A stretch of DNA of 46,353 nt. Source: a virus (taxonomy: Duplodnaviria > Caudoviricetes). Where the stretch lies: positions 1 through 46,353 of the IMG/VR virus record IMGVR_UViG_3300031965_000053; one strand, given 5' to 3'. Shown in pieces: positions 36,025 to 44,855 of the stretch. A model generated the notes under the pieces. That model was not told the origin of the DNA and searched no databases. It saw only the letters and a list, made by a program, of their open reading frames with translations. Numbering within the stretch: the first letter of the stretch is position 1; each line of letters opens with the position of its first letter. The translations under genes and the position numbers were made by a program.

Positions 36025-36660
36025 GTGTCTGAAAATCGAACGCTCACGCTGCGCGCCCCTACCAAGCACATCTACACCGGCGGCGCCGGCGCGTCTGGCG
36101 ACTTCTGCCCCCAGAGCGAGCCTCCCGGCGTGCGGTCGGCAAGGTTCCTGGACGCGCTCTCTGTCGCCTCCTTCCAGCTGCGCCGGGTGCTCTTGAGCGC
36201 ACCACGAGACACGGAAATAGACTACACCGTCGACGTGAAAACGCACATGCTCATGCCCGGTCAGCTACCGTGCATCCCGGGGTGGCACTGTGACATGGTG
36301 CCCCGCGAAGAGGGCCGGCCCGTGTTCGAGCACCTGCTCGGCTCGACCTCACCGGACATGCTCGTCTGGATATCAGGGTGCCCGCGAACGGTGTTCCTGG
36401 AGGAAGACGTTCCCGTGGCCGATCTGCCGTCGCGGCACGCCGACCTTGAGTACCTGGAATCCTTTCCGCACGCCGAAATAGACCCGCACACGTGGTACAC
36501 GATGTCCTGGAACACCCCCCACCGTGGCGGCGCGGCGCACGAAAGATGTTGGCGAACTTTCGTGCGTATGGTAGACTCGCGCGTCTATCCTCCGCTGCAC
36601 GCGGACCAAATCGTCCGCCGCCATTCGCAAGTCTACGTTCGCCAAGGGCTCGACTGGTAA
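36025..36660 (+). CDS. 2OG-Fe(II) oxygenase-like protein, 211 aa
   Basis: GTG with AAGGA RBS; HMLMPGQLPCIPGWHCD (HxD), distal PHRG and WRTFVR. Confidence 0.8.
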   Translation: MSENRTLTLRAPTKHIYTGGAGASGDFCPQSEPPGVRSARFLDALSVASFQLRRVLLSAPRDTEIDYTVDVKTHMLMPGQLPCIPGWHCDMVPREEGRPVFEHLLGSTSPDMLVWISGCPRTVFLEEDVPVADLPSRHADLEYLESFPHAEIDPHTWYTMSWNTPHRGGAAHERCWRTFVRMVDSRVYPPLHADQIVRRHSQVYVRQGLDW

Positions 36661-36664
36661 CGAA

Positions 36665-38134
36665 ATGAGCACCGCCCCCCTGATCGCCGCCGCCGGTGAT
36701 TATCACGTCTATGAACTCCCGAGCTGGGGCCGCTTCCTGGTCGTGCAGGCGCACAGCCCGCCGCGCCCCGGGCCGCCGTCGGTGGGGTGGGCGCCCGAGC
36801 TCACCGCCCTCTTGCGGCGCGTGCTGGGCGGGCAGAGCCTGCTTTACCGCGCCGGCTCGCACCCGGTGTTTCTGCTCGACGGCGTCCCGACCCTGTGCTC
36901 GTGCCCCGAAAATTCGTGGGCCGAGCTTCACCGCCTCGCCCCGCCGGCCACGGCCAGCGACGAGGCGCCGGCCGAACTCGACATTACGAGTCTGGCGGCC
37001 TCGGCCGGCACCTTCGACCAGGCGTGGCGCGAGGTCTGCCGCGTGAACCAGCTGCGGCCCTGCCAGTATAGCCTGAGCAATTCGCCGAGAATGATCCACG
37101 CGCTCGGCTCGAGCGAGTCCATCACGGTTTGGGGGGGCCTGCTGCGCCATCCGATTGTGGGGACGCTTCCGCCCGGGTGGTTCGGGGTGGGCGCGCCCGA
37201 CCGCCCGCCGCTCTGCGCTTTCCGGGCGCTGCGGAGCCTCTTCGCCCCGCTACCGCTGGATGCAGCCTCGCACGCGCGCCTCTACTCCTACCTGCTCGCG
37301 TGTTTCGCGGCCGAGTCCATCACGTGCCCCATGCCGCTCTTGGTTTGCGACTCCTGGACGCAAGGTATCGGGAAAACCGAGTGCTGCTCCGCAATCGCCG
37401 AGCTCGTGAACGGGTGCCGCTCGTCGCTGTCGCCCCCGCAAGGGACGAACGTGGACGAACTTGTGGCGCACTACAACGCCGGGCACCGGCTCGCGTGCCT
37501 CGACAACCTGCAATCGTCGCGCCCGTACACGTCCGCCTGGCTGTGCACGCTGCTGTCCGACCGCACGGCGGCGGCACGGGCGAAGTATTCGGCGACCACC
37601 GCCTCGTTCGCGGGGCGCCTGGCGACGCTTACCCTCATCTGGGGTGACGCGACGCTACACCCCGACCTGATCTCGCGCACCTGGCGCGTGCAGCTGTGGG
37701 GTGGCAAGGCGCAGGCCCTGGCGCACCGCCCGAACGCCTTCGCGGCGCTTCATCGACGAGAAATGCAGGCGGCATGTTACTGGACGGTCCGGGACGCCGC
37801 GCCCTGGCCCGACGACGACCCGATCACCGACAACCGTTGCGGCGAAGCCGAGCGCGTCGGGGCCGCCGCCTACGCGCACCTTTTCGGCTTGACCCCCGCG
37901 GACGTGCGTGCTACACTGTCCGCAAGTGAGCGCGACGTGCGCGCGCTGAGCGCCGGTATGGCGCGCTTCCTGCGGCGCACGGTGCCAGAGCTGAGCGGGC
38001 CCGTCTCGTTCGGCGCAGTAACAAGTAGGGAAGATGTGTCCTACGTTCTGGGGGCGCGAGCAATGGGCTATCGCGCCGCCGTGAAAGACGGAAAGCCCCA
38101 TGCAGAGGAGTGCAGTGTCAATGTCAGAGTATGA
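36665..38134 (+). CDS. P-loop NTPase, probable replicative helicase or primase-associated ATPase, 489 aa
   Basis: Walker A QGIGKT, Walker B ACLDN, DLISR arginine-finger-like motif. Confidence 0.7.
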   Translation: MSTAPLIAAAGDYHVYELPSWGRFLVVQAHSPPRPGPPSVGWAPELTALLRRVLGGQSLLYRAGSHPVFLLDGVPTLCSCPENSWAELHRLAPPATASDEAPAELDITSLAASAGTFDQAWREVCRVNQLRPCQYSLSNSPRMIHALGSSESITVWGGLLRHPIVGTLPPGWFGVGAPDRPPLCAFRALRSLFAPLPLDAASHARLYSYLLACFAAESITCPMPLLVCDSWTQGIGKTECCSAIAELVNGCRSSLSPPQGTNVDELVAHYNAGHRLACLDNLQSSRPYTSAWLCTLLSDRTAAARAKYSATTASFAGRLATLTLIWGDATLHPDLISRTWRVQLWGGKAQALAHRPNAFAALHRREMQAACYWTVRDAAPWPDDDPITDNRCGEAERVGAAAYAHLFGLTPADVRATLSASERDVRALSAGMARFLRRTVPELSGPVSFGAVTSREDVSYVLGARAMGYRAAVKDGKPHAEECSVNVRV

Positions 38135-38471
38135 TATGAACGAACGGGACGGGAATGTGGAGAGCGTGAACGCCTTCGGTGGACGGCAGTCCGAGATACC
38201 CTGTCGATTCGACCTCATTCCGGCGTGCGCACTGCACGAGGTAGCCAAGGTGCTCAAAGAGGCCGCCAAGAAGTACGGCGAGGGCAACTGGCGAAGGATC
38301 ACGCTTGAAGATCACCTCTCGCACGCACTTCGGCACGGCTACAGGGCCTGCGAAGCACACCGAACCGGAAGCGAAGACCCGCGCGGAGACCTTGTTAGGC
38401 TGGCTTGCCGAGCCTTGCTGGCCTTAGAAATCGGCTTGGTGGGGTTTGAGTTCGGGGATGAAAATGTTTAA
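38121..38471 (+). CDS. dATP/dGTP diphosphohydrolase-like protein (DUF5664), 116 aa
   Basis: GAGGAG RBS; RFDLIP..ALHEVAKVL..AAKKYGEGNW..HALRH..LACRAL. Confidence 0.88.
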   Translation: MSEYDMNERDGNVESVNAFGGRQSEIPCRFDLIPACALHEVAKVLKEAAKKYGEGNWRRITLEDHLSHALRHGYRACEAHRTGSEDPRGDLVRLACRALLALEIGLVGFEFGDENV

Positions 38472-38523
38472 ATCGTGGCTGCCTTGGTCGACAACCCCTA
38501 CACTTACGTCACAGGAGAGCACC

Positions 38524-38700
38524 GTGGATACCTCGACCGACGAGAAGGACTGCTGTTGCGAGGAGCTGGGCCGCCTGGCTGATCTGTTCTACGTGTTCGC
38601 GTCCGCCGCGCTGACGGCCGCACACGGCGGAAAGCTCATCTCGACGGAGGAGACCGTACGCCGCCAGCTGGAACTGGACAACGCCAACAAGAAGGACTGA
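38524..38700 (+). CDS. Small hypothetical protein (alternative ATG at 38464)
   Basis: GTG at 38524 with AGGAG RBS. Confidence 0.6.
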   Translation: MDTSTDEKDCCCEELGRLADLFYVFASAALTAAHGGKLISTEETVRRQLELDNANKKD

Positions 38701-38705
38701 GTGTC

Positions 38706-39365
38706 ATGCAGAAGATGTACGCCCCGTGGAAGCGAAACGGAAAGGGTTCGCTCTACAACCTCGACGACCCGATCCCCGAGAGCGCCTGGGTGCTGGAGGG
38801 GCAGGGTTTTTGTTTCGGCAAGATCGACGGCGCAGCTGCCATGATTCGCTCGGGACGACTGTACCGGCGTCGGTGCATCACGAGCAGTTCTCACGTGCCT
38901 CGGGATTTCTTGCCCGCTTCTCGGCAGGATGCAGAGCTCCTCGAGAGGCGGCGCCTGGCGGTTGTGGGCCCCGTGGCGCACGACAAAATTTTCGGTTGGT
39001 TGCCCGTGGACCTGGAGTTCGAAAACGATCCCCACTGGCGCGCCGCGGCGCGCGTGCTGGGCGGACCGGACGGCACCTATGAGCTGCTGGCCCCCACGTT
39101 GAACGGAAACCCGCATCACGTCGAGGAGCCGGTGCTTGTGAATCACAAGGGGACCCTGGTGCACGGCGCCGTGGTTCTGCTGGTGGACGAGGACGGAAAC
39201 CCCCGCCGGCACCGGACCGCGCAGTCTATCAAGAACGACCTCGCACGGTGCCCACAATACGAGGGTTTCGTCTTCCGTCATGAAGACGGGGAGCGCCTCG
39301 TCAAGGTCCACCGACATGGGTTCGGCCTTCCCTGGCCGCTCGCGATCGAACCATGCTGCTCGTAG
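38706..39365 (+). CDS. DUF5565/RLIG1-like ATP-dependent RNA ligase, 219 aa
   Basis: Motif I KIDG; GWLPV, DGTYEL..NGNP, EGFVF and LVKVHRHGFGLPWP. Confidence 0.8.
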   Translation: MQKMYAPWKRNGKGSLYNLDDPIPESAWVLEGQGFCFGKIDGAAAMIRSGRLYRRRCITSSSHVPRDFLPASRQDAELLERRRLAVVGPVAHDKIFGWLPVDLEFENDPHWRAAARVLGGPDGTYELLAPTLNGNPHHVEEPVLVNHKGTLVHGAVVLLVDEDGNPRRHRTAQSIKNDLARCPQYEGFVFRHEDGERLVKVHRHGFGLPWPLAIEPCCS

Positions 39366-39859
39366 TAGGAAGCTCACCAACGCCGCGCTATCCCCGCCCC
39401 TGGTCCGGCCGGCTTCGAACAAACCTGTGCGGGATTTTCGACGTCACCGACAAGGACCTGAATTTCCGGGTCCGCCTGGTCAACCTGTTTACCGCGCCCG
39501 GAAAATCATGGTCTGCGCCAGAGTGGCGTCAGGCAGCGCGGCGGGTGTCTCGAGTAGGGCACCCGAACATTGTACTTCTTGGGCGGAAGGTGGCGCAGGC
39601 TTTTGGCTTGCCCGCGGGCTGGCCCGAGCTTATTCCATACCCCCGGCTGGAGGGCTCACGAGAACGCCACTACTACGTTCTGCCACACCCCAGCGGAAAA
39701 AACCTCTGGTGGAACAGCGAGGAAAACACCCGCGCTGGGACAGAACTCTGTCGCCGGTTGCTGGCGGCGGCCGAGGAGCGCCCGGTGATCCTTCCCGAAA
39801 CGCTACGCGGCGCACTCGATGCGGCGCAGCGCAGAGCGCTTTGCAAGAGAGATGTGTGA
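39353..39859 (+). CDS. Uracil-DNA glycosylase superfamily protein, 168 aa
   Basis: LVVGSSP, VNLF, IVLLGRKVAQAF and VLPHPSGKN motifs. Confidence 0.8.
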   Translation: MLLVVGSSPTPRYPRPWSGRLRTNLCGIFDVTDKDLNFRVRLVNLFTAPGKSWSAPEWRQAARRVSRVGHPNIVLLGRKVAQAFGLPAGWPELIPYPRLEGSRERHYYVLPHPSGKNLWWNSEENTRAGTELCRRLLAAAEERPVILPETLRGALDAAQRRALCKRDV

Positions 39860-39865
39860 GCTGAC

Positions 39866-41890
39866 ATGCCGAACACGTACGCCATCGATACCGAAACCAC
39901 GCTCATCCCCGACCTCGGGGGCGCACCGCTCGCGCGCGCAACGCCCGAGTTCGTGTGTCTCAGTTATTGTGGGCGTCAGGCCCATGGGGTGCTGCAAGGG
40001 GAGGCTGCCCGGTCCTTCGTGCTGTGGGTTTTGGAGCAGGATGACTCGATGGTCGTCATGCACAATTCAGCCTTCGACATCGCTGTGCTGTGTCGGGCCT
40101 TTCCAGAGCACACCGAGCTGTGGAAAAAGCTGTTACGGGAGGGCCGGTTGCGCGACACGCTGCCGATGTATGGGTTCCGCGACGTCTCTGAGGGCCGCCG
40201 GCTCGCCCTCGACGCTGCCGCGTGGCGTGTGCTGGGGGTGCGGCTCGAAAAGGGGGACGTGCGCACCTCATTCAGGGTCGGGCAGACGCTGAGCCCCGAG
40301 CAGGAGCGATACGCGGCGCGAGACGCCGAGGTCACATTGCGCCTCTACGACGCCCTGCTGAGGACGCCGTTCGGAGAACTCACGCGGCTGCGCGTCAAGC
40401 ACGTGACGCCCTATCCTGTAGCGCCCGCGCTGTTGGCCCAGGAACTGAACTGGGATGAGGTGTTTTCGTGCGCGAGCGCCTGGAAAGCCTTCGTTCTCGA
40501 GGCCACCGGCCTCGGTGTCGACCTGGACATGTGCCGGCAACTGGCCGGCGAGCAAGAGGCCAAGACGCTGGAGCTACAAGATTCCTTGATTCGCGCCGGC
40601 CTGGCCGAGCGGGTGCGCGACACCAAGAGCCCGAAGACCGTCGCGCCGGGCCTCCCGTATCCCGCCCGAAAGTGGGCCTGGTGCGACGCCCTGAAAGCCT
40701 TCGCGCGCGGCACCGAGGTGCAGGCCGCGCGCGTCAAGCTCTGTGCTGGGTCGCTGCGGGACGCCTACCGCGAGGCCGCGGAAGAGCTCGAGCTGGACGA
40801 CGTCCCCACGTCCCCCAAGACCGGCGAAATTTCCCTCGATTACAACTACTGGAAGCAGTTCTCGCGCGAGCTGCCCGAGAAGTGCCGCGCGCACATGGAT
40901 TTTCAGCGAGCTACGAAGCTGCTCGGCACGTACTTTCGGCCGATCCTGTCGCAGTCGGCGGTGGCGGGGAGGCGCCGCGCGGTGGTGTTCGGTACGTACG
41001 GCGTGGGGTTCGCGGAGACGGGCCGCTGGACCAGCTGGCGGCCCAACATGCAGAACCAGCCCAAGGCCCTGCGGAAAATGTACGTGGCCCCCGAAGAGGG
41101 TAACGTCCTGGTGAGCGCCGACTACAAGAGCCTCGAGATCTACACGCTCGCGCAAGCGCTGGCGAGTTTCGGGATCGAGGGGCCGCTGCTGCAAGCCCTG
41201 CGCGACCAGAAGGACATCCACACGCTCTCGGCCGCGCGGGTCTACGGTATCGACGAGAGCGAGGTAACCCCGGCCATGCGGCAGGGCGCGAAGGCCTGCA
41301 ACTTCGGCCTGCCTGGGGGGATGGGCGCGCGGCGCTTCCATGCCCTTTGTCGGCGTCAATACGGGCTCGACTGGACGTTCTCCGAGGCCGCCGAGGCCCG
41401 CGAGAATTGGTTCCGCGCGTACCCCGACGTCGAGGAGTTCCTCGCCCGCTTCCGGATTAGCCCGTCGTTCGTGTTCCGCGAGCCGGGGCAATCGTACCGG
41501 GACTGGCTGCTGTCTGTCGGCCTGGACCCCGACGAGCAGTACACGCGTTGGGACCTGGGGCGGTACCTGAACGATGGGCGAATCTACGACGTTACGCTGC
41601 CGTCGGGGCGGCGGCTGCCGAACCGCCGTTTTTCTCAGGCCGCGAACCTGTACTTCCAGGGGCCGGGCGCTGAAATCGTGACCCTGGCGTTCGTCCTGCT
41701 GGCCGAGCTCGACTGCTCCGTGGTCGCCGTGGTGCACGACTCCATCACGTTGCAGTGTCGTCCGGAGGACGCGCAGCGACAAGCAGAGCTGCTGTCGATG
41801 TCTATGGTCACTGCGCAGGCGCGGTGCTGCCCGGCGATTCGCTATTGCCTTCCGTCCCCCGAAGTGGTAATCTCGGAGCACTGGAGCTGA
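39866..41890 (+). CDS. polA: Family A DNA polymerase with 3'-5' exonuclease, 674 aa
   Basis: ExoI AIDTET, ExoII HNSAFD, ExoIII YAARDA; TGRWTSWRPNMQN; motif A SADYKSLE, motif B RQGAKACNFG, motif C VHDS. Confidence 0.96.
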   Translation: MPNTYAIDTETTLIPDLGGAPLARATPEFVCLSYCGRQAHGVLQGEAARSFVLWVLEQDDSMVVMHNSAFDIAVLCRAFPEHTELWKKLLREGRLRDTLPMYGFRDVSEGRRLALDAAAWRVLGVRLEKGDVRTSFRVGQTLSPEQERYAARDAEVTLRLYDALLRTPFGELTRLRVKHVTPYPVAPALLAQELNWDEVFSCASAWKAFVLEATGLGVDLDMCRQLAGEQEAKTLELQDSLIRAGLAERVRDTKSPKTVAPGLPYPARKWAWCDALKAFARGTEVQAARVKLCAGSLRDAYREAAEELELDDVPTSPKTGEISLDYNYWKQFSRELPEKCRAHMDFQRATKLLGTYFRPILSQSAVAGRRRAVVFGTYGVGFAETGRWTSWRPNMQNQPKALRKMYVAPEEGNVLVSADYKSLEIYTLAQALASFGIEGPLLQALRDQKDIHTLSAARVYGIDESEVTPAMRQGAKACNFGLPGGMGARRFHALCRRQYGLDWTFSEAAEARENWFRAYPDVEEFLARFRISPSFVFREPGQSYRDWLLSVGLDPDEQYTRWDLGRYLNDGRIYDVTLPSGRRLPNRRFSQAANLYFQGPGAEIVTLAFVLLAELDCSVVAVVHDSITLQCRPEDAQRQAELLSMSMVTAQARCCPAIRYCLPSPEVVISEHWS

Positions 41891-41894
41891 AAAA

Positions 41895-42677
41895 ATGAAA
41901 CACGTTTACGTCATCGGCGGGGCGGGGTACATCGGATCGCACGTGGTGCGGTCCCTTCGGCTGAATTCTGCGTTTCCGGAGGTCATAGACCTGGGCATTC
42001 ACGGGAACGTAGAGGCCCCGCAGGACGTTCGCGACATGGACCCCCCGGATGTCCCGGGCGTGGTGCTGTGGCTGGCGTCGCAGCACTTGGAGCCCGCGTT
42101 TCTCGCAGAGAACGAGAAAATTGAGTGGCAGCGGTACGCCTGCGACATGGAGGACGCTGTAGAGAACTGGAAAGCCGCGGGGCACGACATGGTGTATGCG
42201 TCCAGCATGCAGGTAGTGGCCCGGCCGCTGTCCATATACTCTCGCCACAAGTTGGAGATCGAGCGTATTCTGCTCGGCAAGAACGGCAGCGTCTCGATAC
42301 GCCTCGGGACGGTATACGGGGGCCTGAACAGGGACCCCTGTCGGCCGCACACCCTACCGAACCGGCTGCTTCTGGAAACGGCACTGAGCGGGAAGTGGGC
42401 GCGAATGAGGGAAGACGTCTCTACTCCTATGTACTGGACAACCCTCGGCCGCGCCGTCGGCACCCTCACCGGAGCGTGCTTGGACCCCTTCAGCCGAACT
42501 GGGCAGGTAGTGGATGCATCGCAGTGTGTCGACTACACGTCGCCGGGAAGACACTTCAACTCAGAAGACTTTAGCATTTCTGCGGCGCGTGTCGCAGTGC
42601 TGCGGTCACTCCCACATCCAACCAAGCTCCTCGCCGAAAAGGTGGGGCTACCCTACCCATGTCCGAAGCAAGATTGA
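41895..42677 (+). CDS. NAD-dependent NDP-sugar epimerase/dehydratase (extended SDR), 260 aa
   Basis: GGAGYIGS, YASS, YSRHK (YxxxK) and RLGTVYG. Confidence 0.9.
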   Translation: MKHVYVIGGAGYIGSHVVRSLRLNSAFPEVIDLGIHGNVEAPQDVRDMDPPDVPGVVLWLASQHLEPAFLAENEKIEWQRYACDMEDAVENWKAAGHDMVYASSMQVVARPLSIYSRHKLEIERILLGKNGSVSIRLGTVYGGLNRDPCRPHTLPNRLLLETALSGKWARMREDVSTPMYWTTLGRAVGTLTGACLDPFSRTGQVVDASQCVDYTSPGRHFNSEDFSISAARVAVLRSLPHPTKLLAEKVGLPYPCPKQD

Positions 42678-42859
42678 ATTCCGCGGGCCACTGGATTTTC
42701 CTCTCTGTTGCGATGCTCAGTGTGGCCTGGGTCTGTCAGAGCGGGTTTTCGGCCGTCACCGCGCGCGAGGCCCGCATCGAGGAGTCGCGTCGATGGGACA
42801 AGATGCTCGAGCTTCAGACGCAAAGCCTGCGTCGCGCCGGTGTGAGCATTCAAGGATGA
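42659..42859 (+). CDS. Small membrane protein, 66 aa
   Basis: Hydrophobic WIFLSVAMLSVAWVC; stop overlaps the next ATG. Confidence 0.6.
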   Translation: MSEARLNSAGHWIFLSVAMLSVAWVCQSGFSAVTAREARIEESRRWDKMLELQTQSLRRAGVSIQG

Positions 42860-43137
42860 GTGTGTTCGACATGTCTTTTCAGCCGGCGTACCTACACCTG
42901 GAGCTCAAAAAGGCGGGCCGACCGTATGACATCCTGGTCATGCTGCATCACGTAATCAAAGTGGAGGGCCCGCGCGGAAAGAAACAATGCCTTTTGTCGC
43001 TGTCTTCCGGTGAGCAGATCGAGTTCACCGGAAAGTCAGCGTCCGAAATGTCGGACGACATCATCAACCACTGTACGGTGCAGCCGTGGGGCGCCACCGA
43101 CGACGACGACCCCAACCACGAGGTCAAAAATGTTTGA
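42856..43137 (+). CDS. Hypothetical protein, 93 aa
   Basis: ATGA overlap at 42856; acidic tail. Confidence 0.65.
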   Translation: MSVFDMSFQPAYLHLELKKAGRPYDILVMLHHVIKVEGPRGKKQCLLSLSSGEQIEFTGKSASEMSDDIINHCTVQPWGATDDDDPNHEVKNV

Positions 43138-43933
43138 GTTGCCCGTGCTGACTCGTCCGCCGCGACTCAAGCACTCGTTTTCGCGCATCTCGACTTTCGC
43201 GGAGCAGTGCGAGCTACGCTACGCCCTGGACGCGGTGATGCCGCGGACGCCGTCGTCTCCGGAGCAGGCGCGCGGCACGCACGTCCACGCGATGGCTGAG
43301 GCCGTCGCGCGGGAGCTGTGCCGCGAGCCGCCGTCCGGCTTGACCGCCGCACTCGAGGCGGGGGCGGCAGTGGCGGGGCCGATCGAAGGCGACACCAAGG
43401 ACCTGTACCTGTCCCGGCTTGCCGTGTTTTTCGCCGCCCACCTTCCGCAGCGGGGCTCGATTGAGTTCTGGGTGGACGCGCTCCGGGCCCCAGACGGGCG
43501 AGATGCGCAGAAGTTCCTTGCGCGCCCGTGGTGTGGTAAGGTAGACCTGGTGGCCGTCGACGGCGAGGGCCAGTTGATATGCGATTTCAAGACCGTGTCC
43601 GGCCCGCGGAACATGAAGACCGCGTCGCAGGCGCAGCGGTCTCTACAACTCGGATCGTACTGCCTGGCGACTGGACAGAAGCGCGCGGCGTTCGTCTACT
43701 TGCACCCCTATCACGACCTGACGGTCGTCAAGGTGAAGTTCTCGGACGGCGAGCTCAACAAGATGTTCGACCGGCTGGTCGTGTACTGTCGCACTGCCGA
43801 GAAGCGCTGGGAGACTGGTGGTTGGTCCGTGGCCCCGCCCGACCATCCGCTGTGTAGCAGCAAATGGTGCCCCTGGTGGTCGTCGTGTGGCGGCACCGGA
43901 AAAGGGGTTGCGGAATTGGTGGCGGGGCTGTAG
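43130..43933 (+). CDS. PD-(D/E)XK (RecB/Cas4-like) exonuclease with 4-Cys cluster, 267 aa
   Basis: SFSRI..CELRY, RGTHVH, GKVDLV, ICDFKT, QLGSY and CSSKWCPWWSSC; GAGG RBS. Confidence 0.9.
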   Translation: MFELPVLTRPPRLKHSFSRISTFAEQCELRYALDAVMPRTPSSPEQARGTHVHAMAEAVARELCREPPSGLTAALEAGAAVAGPIEGDTKDLYLSRLAVFFAAHLPQRGSIEFWVDALRAPDGRDAQKFLARPWCGKVDLVAVDGEGQLICDFKTVSGPRNMKTASQAQRSLQLGSYCLATGQKRAAFVYLHPYHDLTVVKVKFSDGELNKMFDRLVVYCRTAEKRWETGGWSVAPPDHPLCSSKWCPWWSSCGGTGKGVAELVAGL

Positions 43934-43945
43934 AATGGTGCTGTA

Positions 43946-44128
43946 GTGGCAAGTGACGATATTGAGAGGCTTACCGAACGAGTTGACCGCCTTTCGTTTG
44001 TTCTGAGAGAGGCGATAGTCGAACTCGAAAAGCACATCGATGAGGTTGAGTTTCGTTTCCACCTGCTGAAGAACGAAGACGGACCGGAGTCCGGAATCGG
44101 AATCAGCACAAACCCCCTTACGGAGTGA
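43946..44128 (+). CDS. Small coiled-coil protein, 60 aa
   Basis: GTG start; fills the gap in the operon. Confidence 0.55.
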   Translation: MASDDIERLTERVDRLSFVLREAIVELEKHIDEVEFRFHLLKNEDGPESGIGISTNPLTE

Positions 44129-44132
44129 GTCA

Positions 44133-44447
44133 ATGCCCACCGCTGTCGAACTGTCCAGGAACCAGGAAGGCTACTTCACGATCGAGGACGTCGGTGCCGA
44201 CGAGCTTACCTTCACCATTCGCGCTGTCGCGACCAAGGAAGTCGGCAAGGACAAGGACGTGAAGATGGTGGTCTCCTTCTCGGAAACCCCCCGCGGCCTG
44301 ATCCTCAACAAAACCCGAACCGAGCAGCTCGTGGACGCCTTCGGGAAGTCCGAGCTCATCGGCAAGCGTGTGACGCTGTACACCGACGAGCTCGATGTGC
44401 AGGGCCGCAGGCACAAGATGATCTGTTTGCGCGGGGCGACCGCGTAG
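44133..44447 (+). CDS. Putative OB-fold ssDNA-binding protein, 104 aa
   Basis: GGAG RBS; FTIRAV..VVSF..LILNKT..IGKRVTLY, a pattern common next to phage exonucleases. Confidence 0.65.
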   Translation: MPTAVELSRNQEGYFTIEDVGADELTFTIRAVATKEVGKDKDVKMVVSFSETPRGLILNKTRTEQLVDAFGKSELIGKRVTLYTDELDVQGRRHKMICLRGATA

Positions 44448-44478
44448 ACTCTCCTTTCTCTCCTCCTTCCTTTAGCGT

Positions 44479-44510
44479 GGCGGACCGGGGTTTCCCGGTC
44501 CGCCGATTTT
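44479..44510 (+). terminator. Intrinsic terminator
   Basis: Perfect 11-bp stem GGCGGACCGGG-GTTT-CCCGGTCCGCC followed by GATTTT. Confidence 0.7.
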
Positions 44511-44522
44511 CTCGAGGTAAGC

Positions 44523-44855
44523 ATGGCCGAAAACGACGACCGCAGTGCGCGAGAGGTGCGTAACCTTCATGTGCGCGTAGATCAAATCGAGGCGAAACTG
44601 AACCGACTTGCCGGACTATGGAACACGACGAAGGACAGAAACACAGAAGCGTGCAATCGGGCGTTGTCTGCGCACGCTGTAGTCAATTTGCTTCTGGGGC
44701 TCGGGGCGCTGGAGCGCGACCAGGCTGGCTCAGTCTGTGCGTCTCAGCGGCTTCTGAATCTGCTGTCACTCGACTTGTCGGATCACTTCACGCAGGCTGG
44801 TGGGCTCCGTCGCAGCACGGCGCAAGCCAAGAGCTCAGAGAAGAAATCGCCGTAA
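44523..44855 (+). CDS. Hypothetical coiled-coil protein, 110 aa
   Basis: GAGG RBS; overlaps the start of the DegT frame. Confidence 0.6.
   Translation: MAENDDRSAREVRNLHVRVDQIEAKLNRLAGLWNTTKDRNTEACNRALSAHAVVNLLLGLGALERDQAGSVCASQRLLNLLSLDLSDHFTQAGGLRRSTAQAKSSEKKSP

Noticed and set aside
38121-38471. Z-genome (2-aminoadenine) pathway
   Set aside because: No PurZ or DatZ in the window; DUF5664 alone is not diagnostic.
43130-43933. Cas4 implying a CRISPR-Cas system
   Set aside because: Stand-alone phage PD-(D/E)XK exonuclease; no other cas genes or array in the window.
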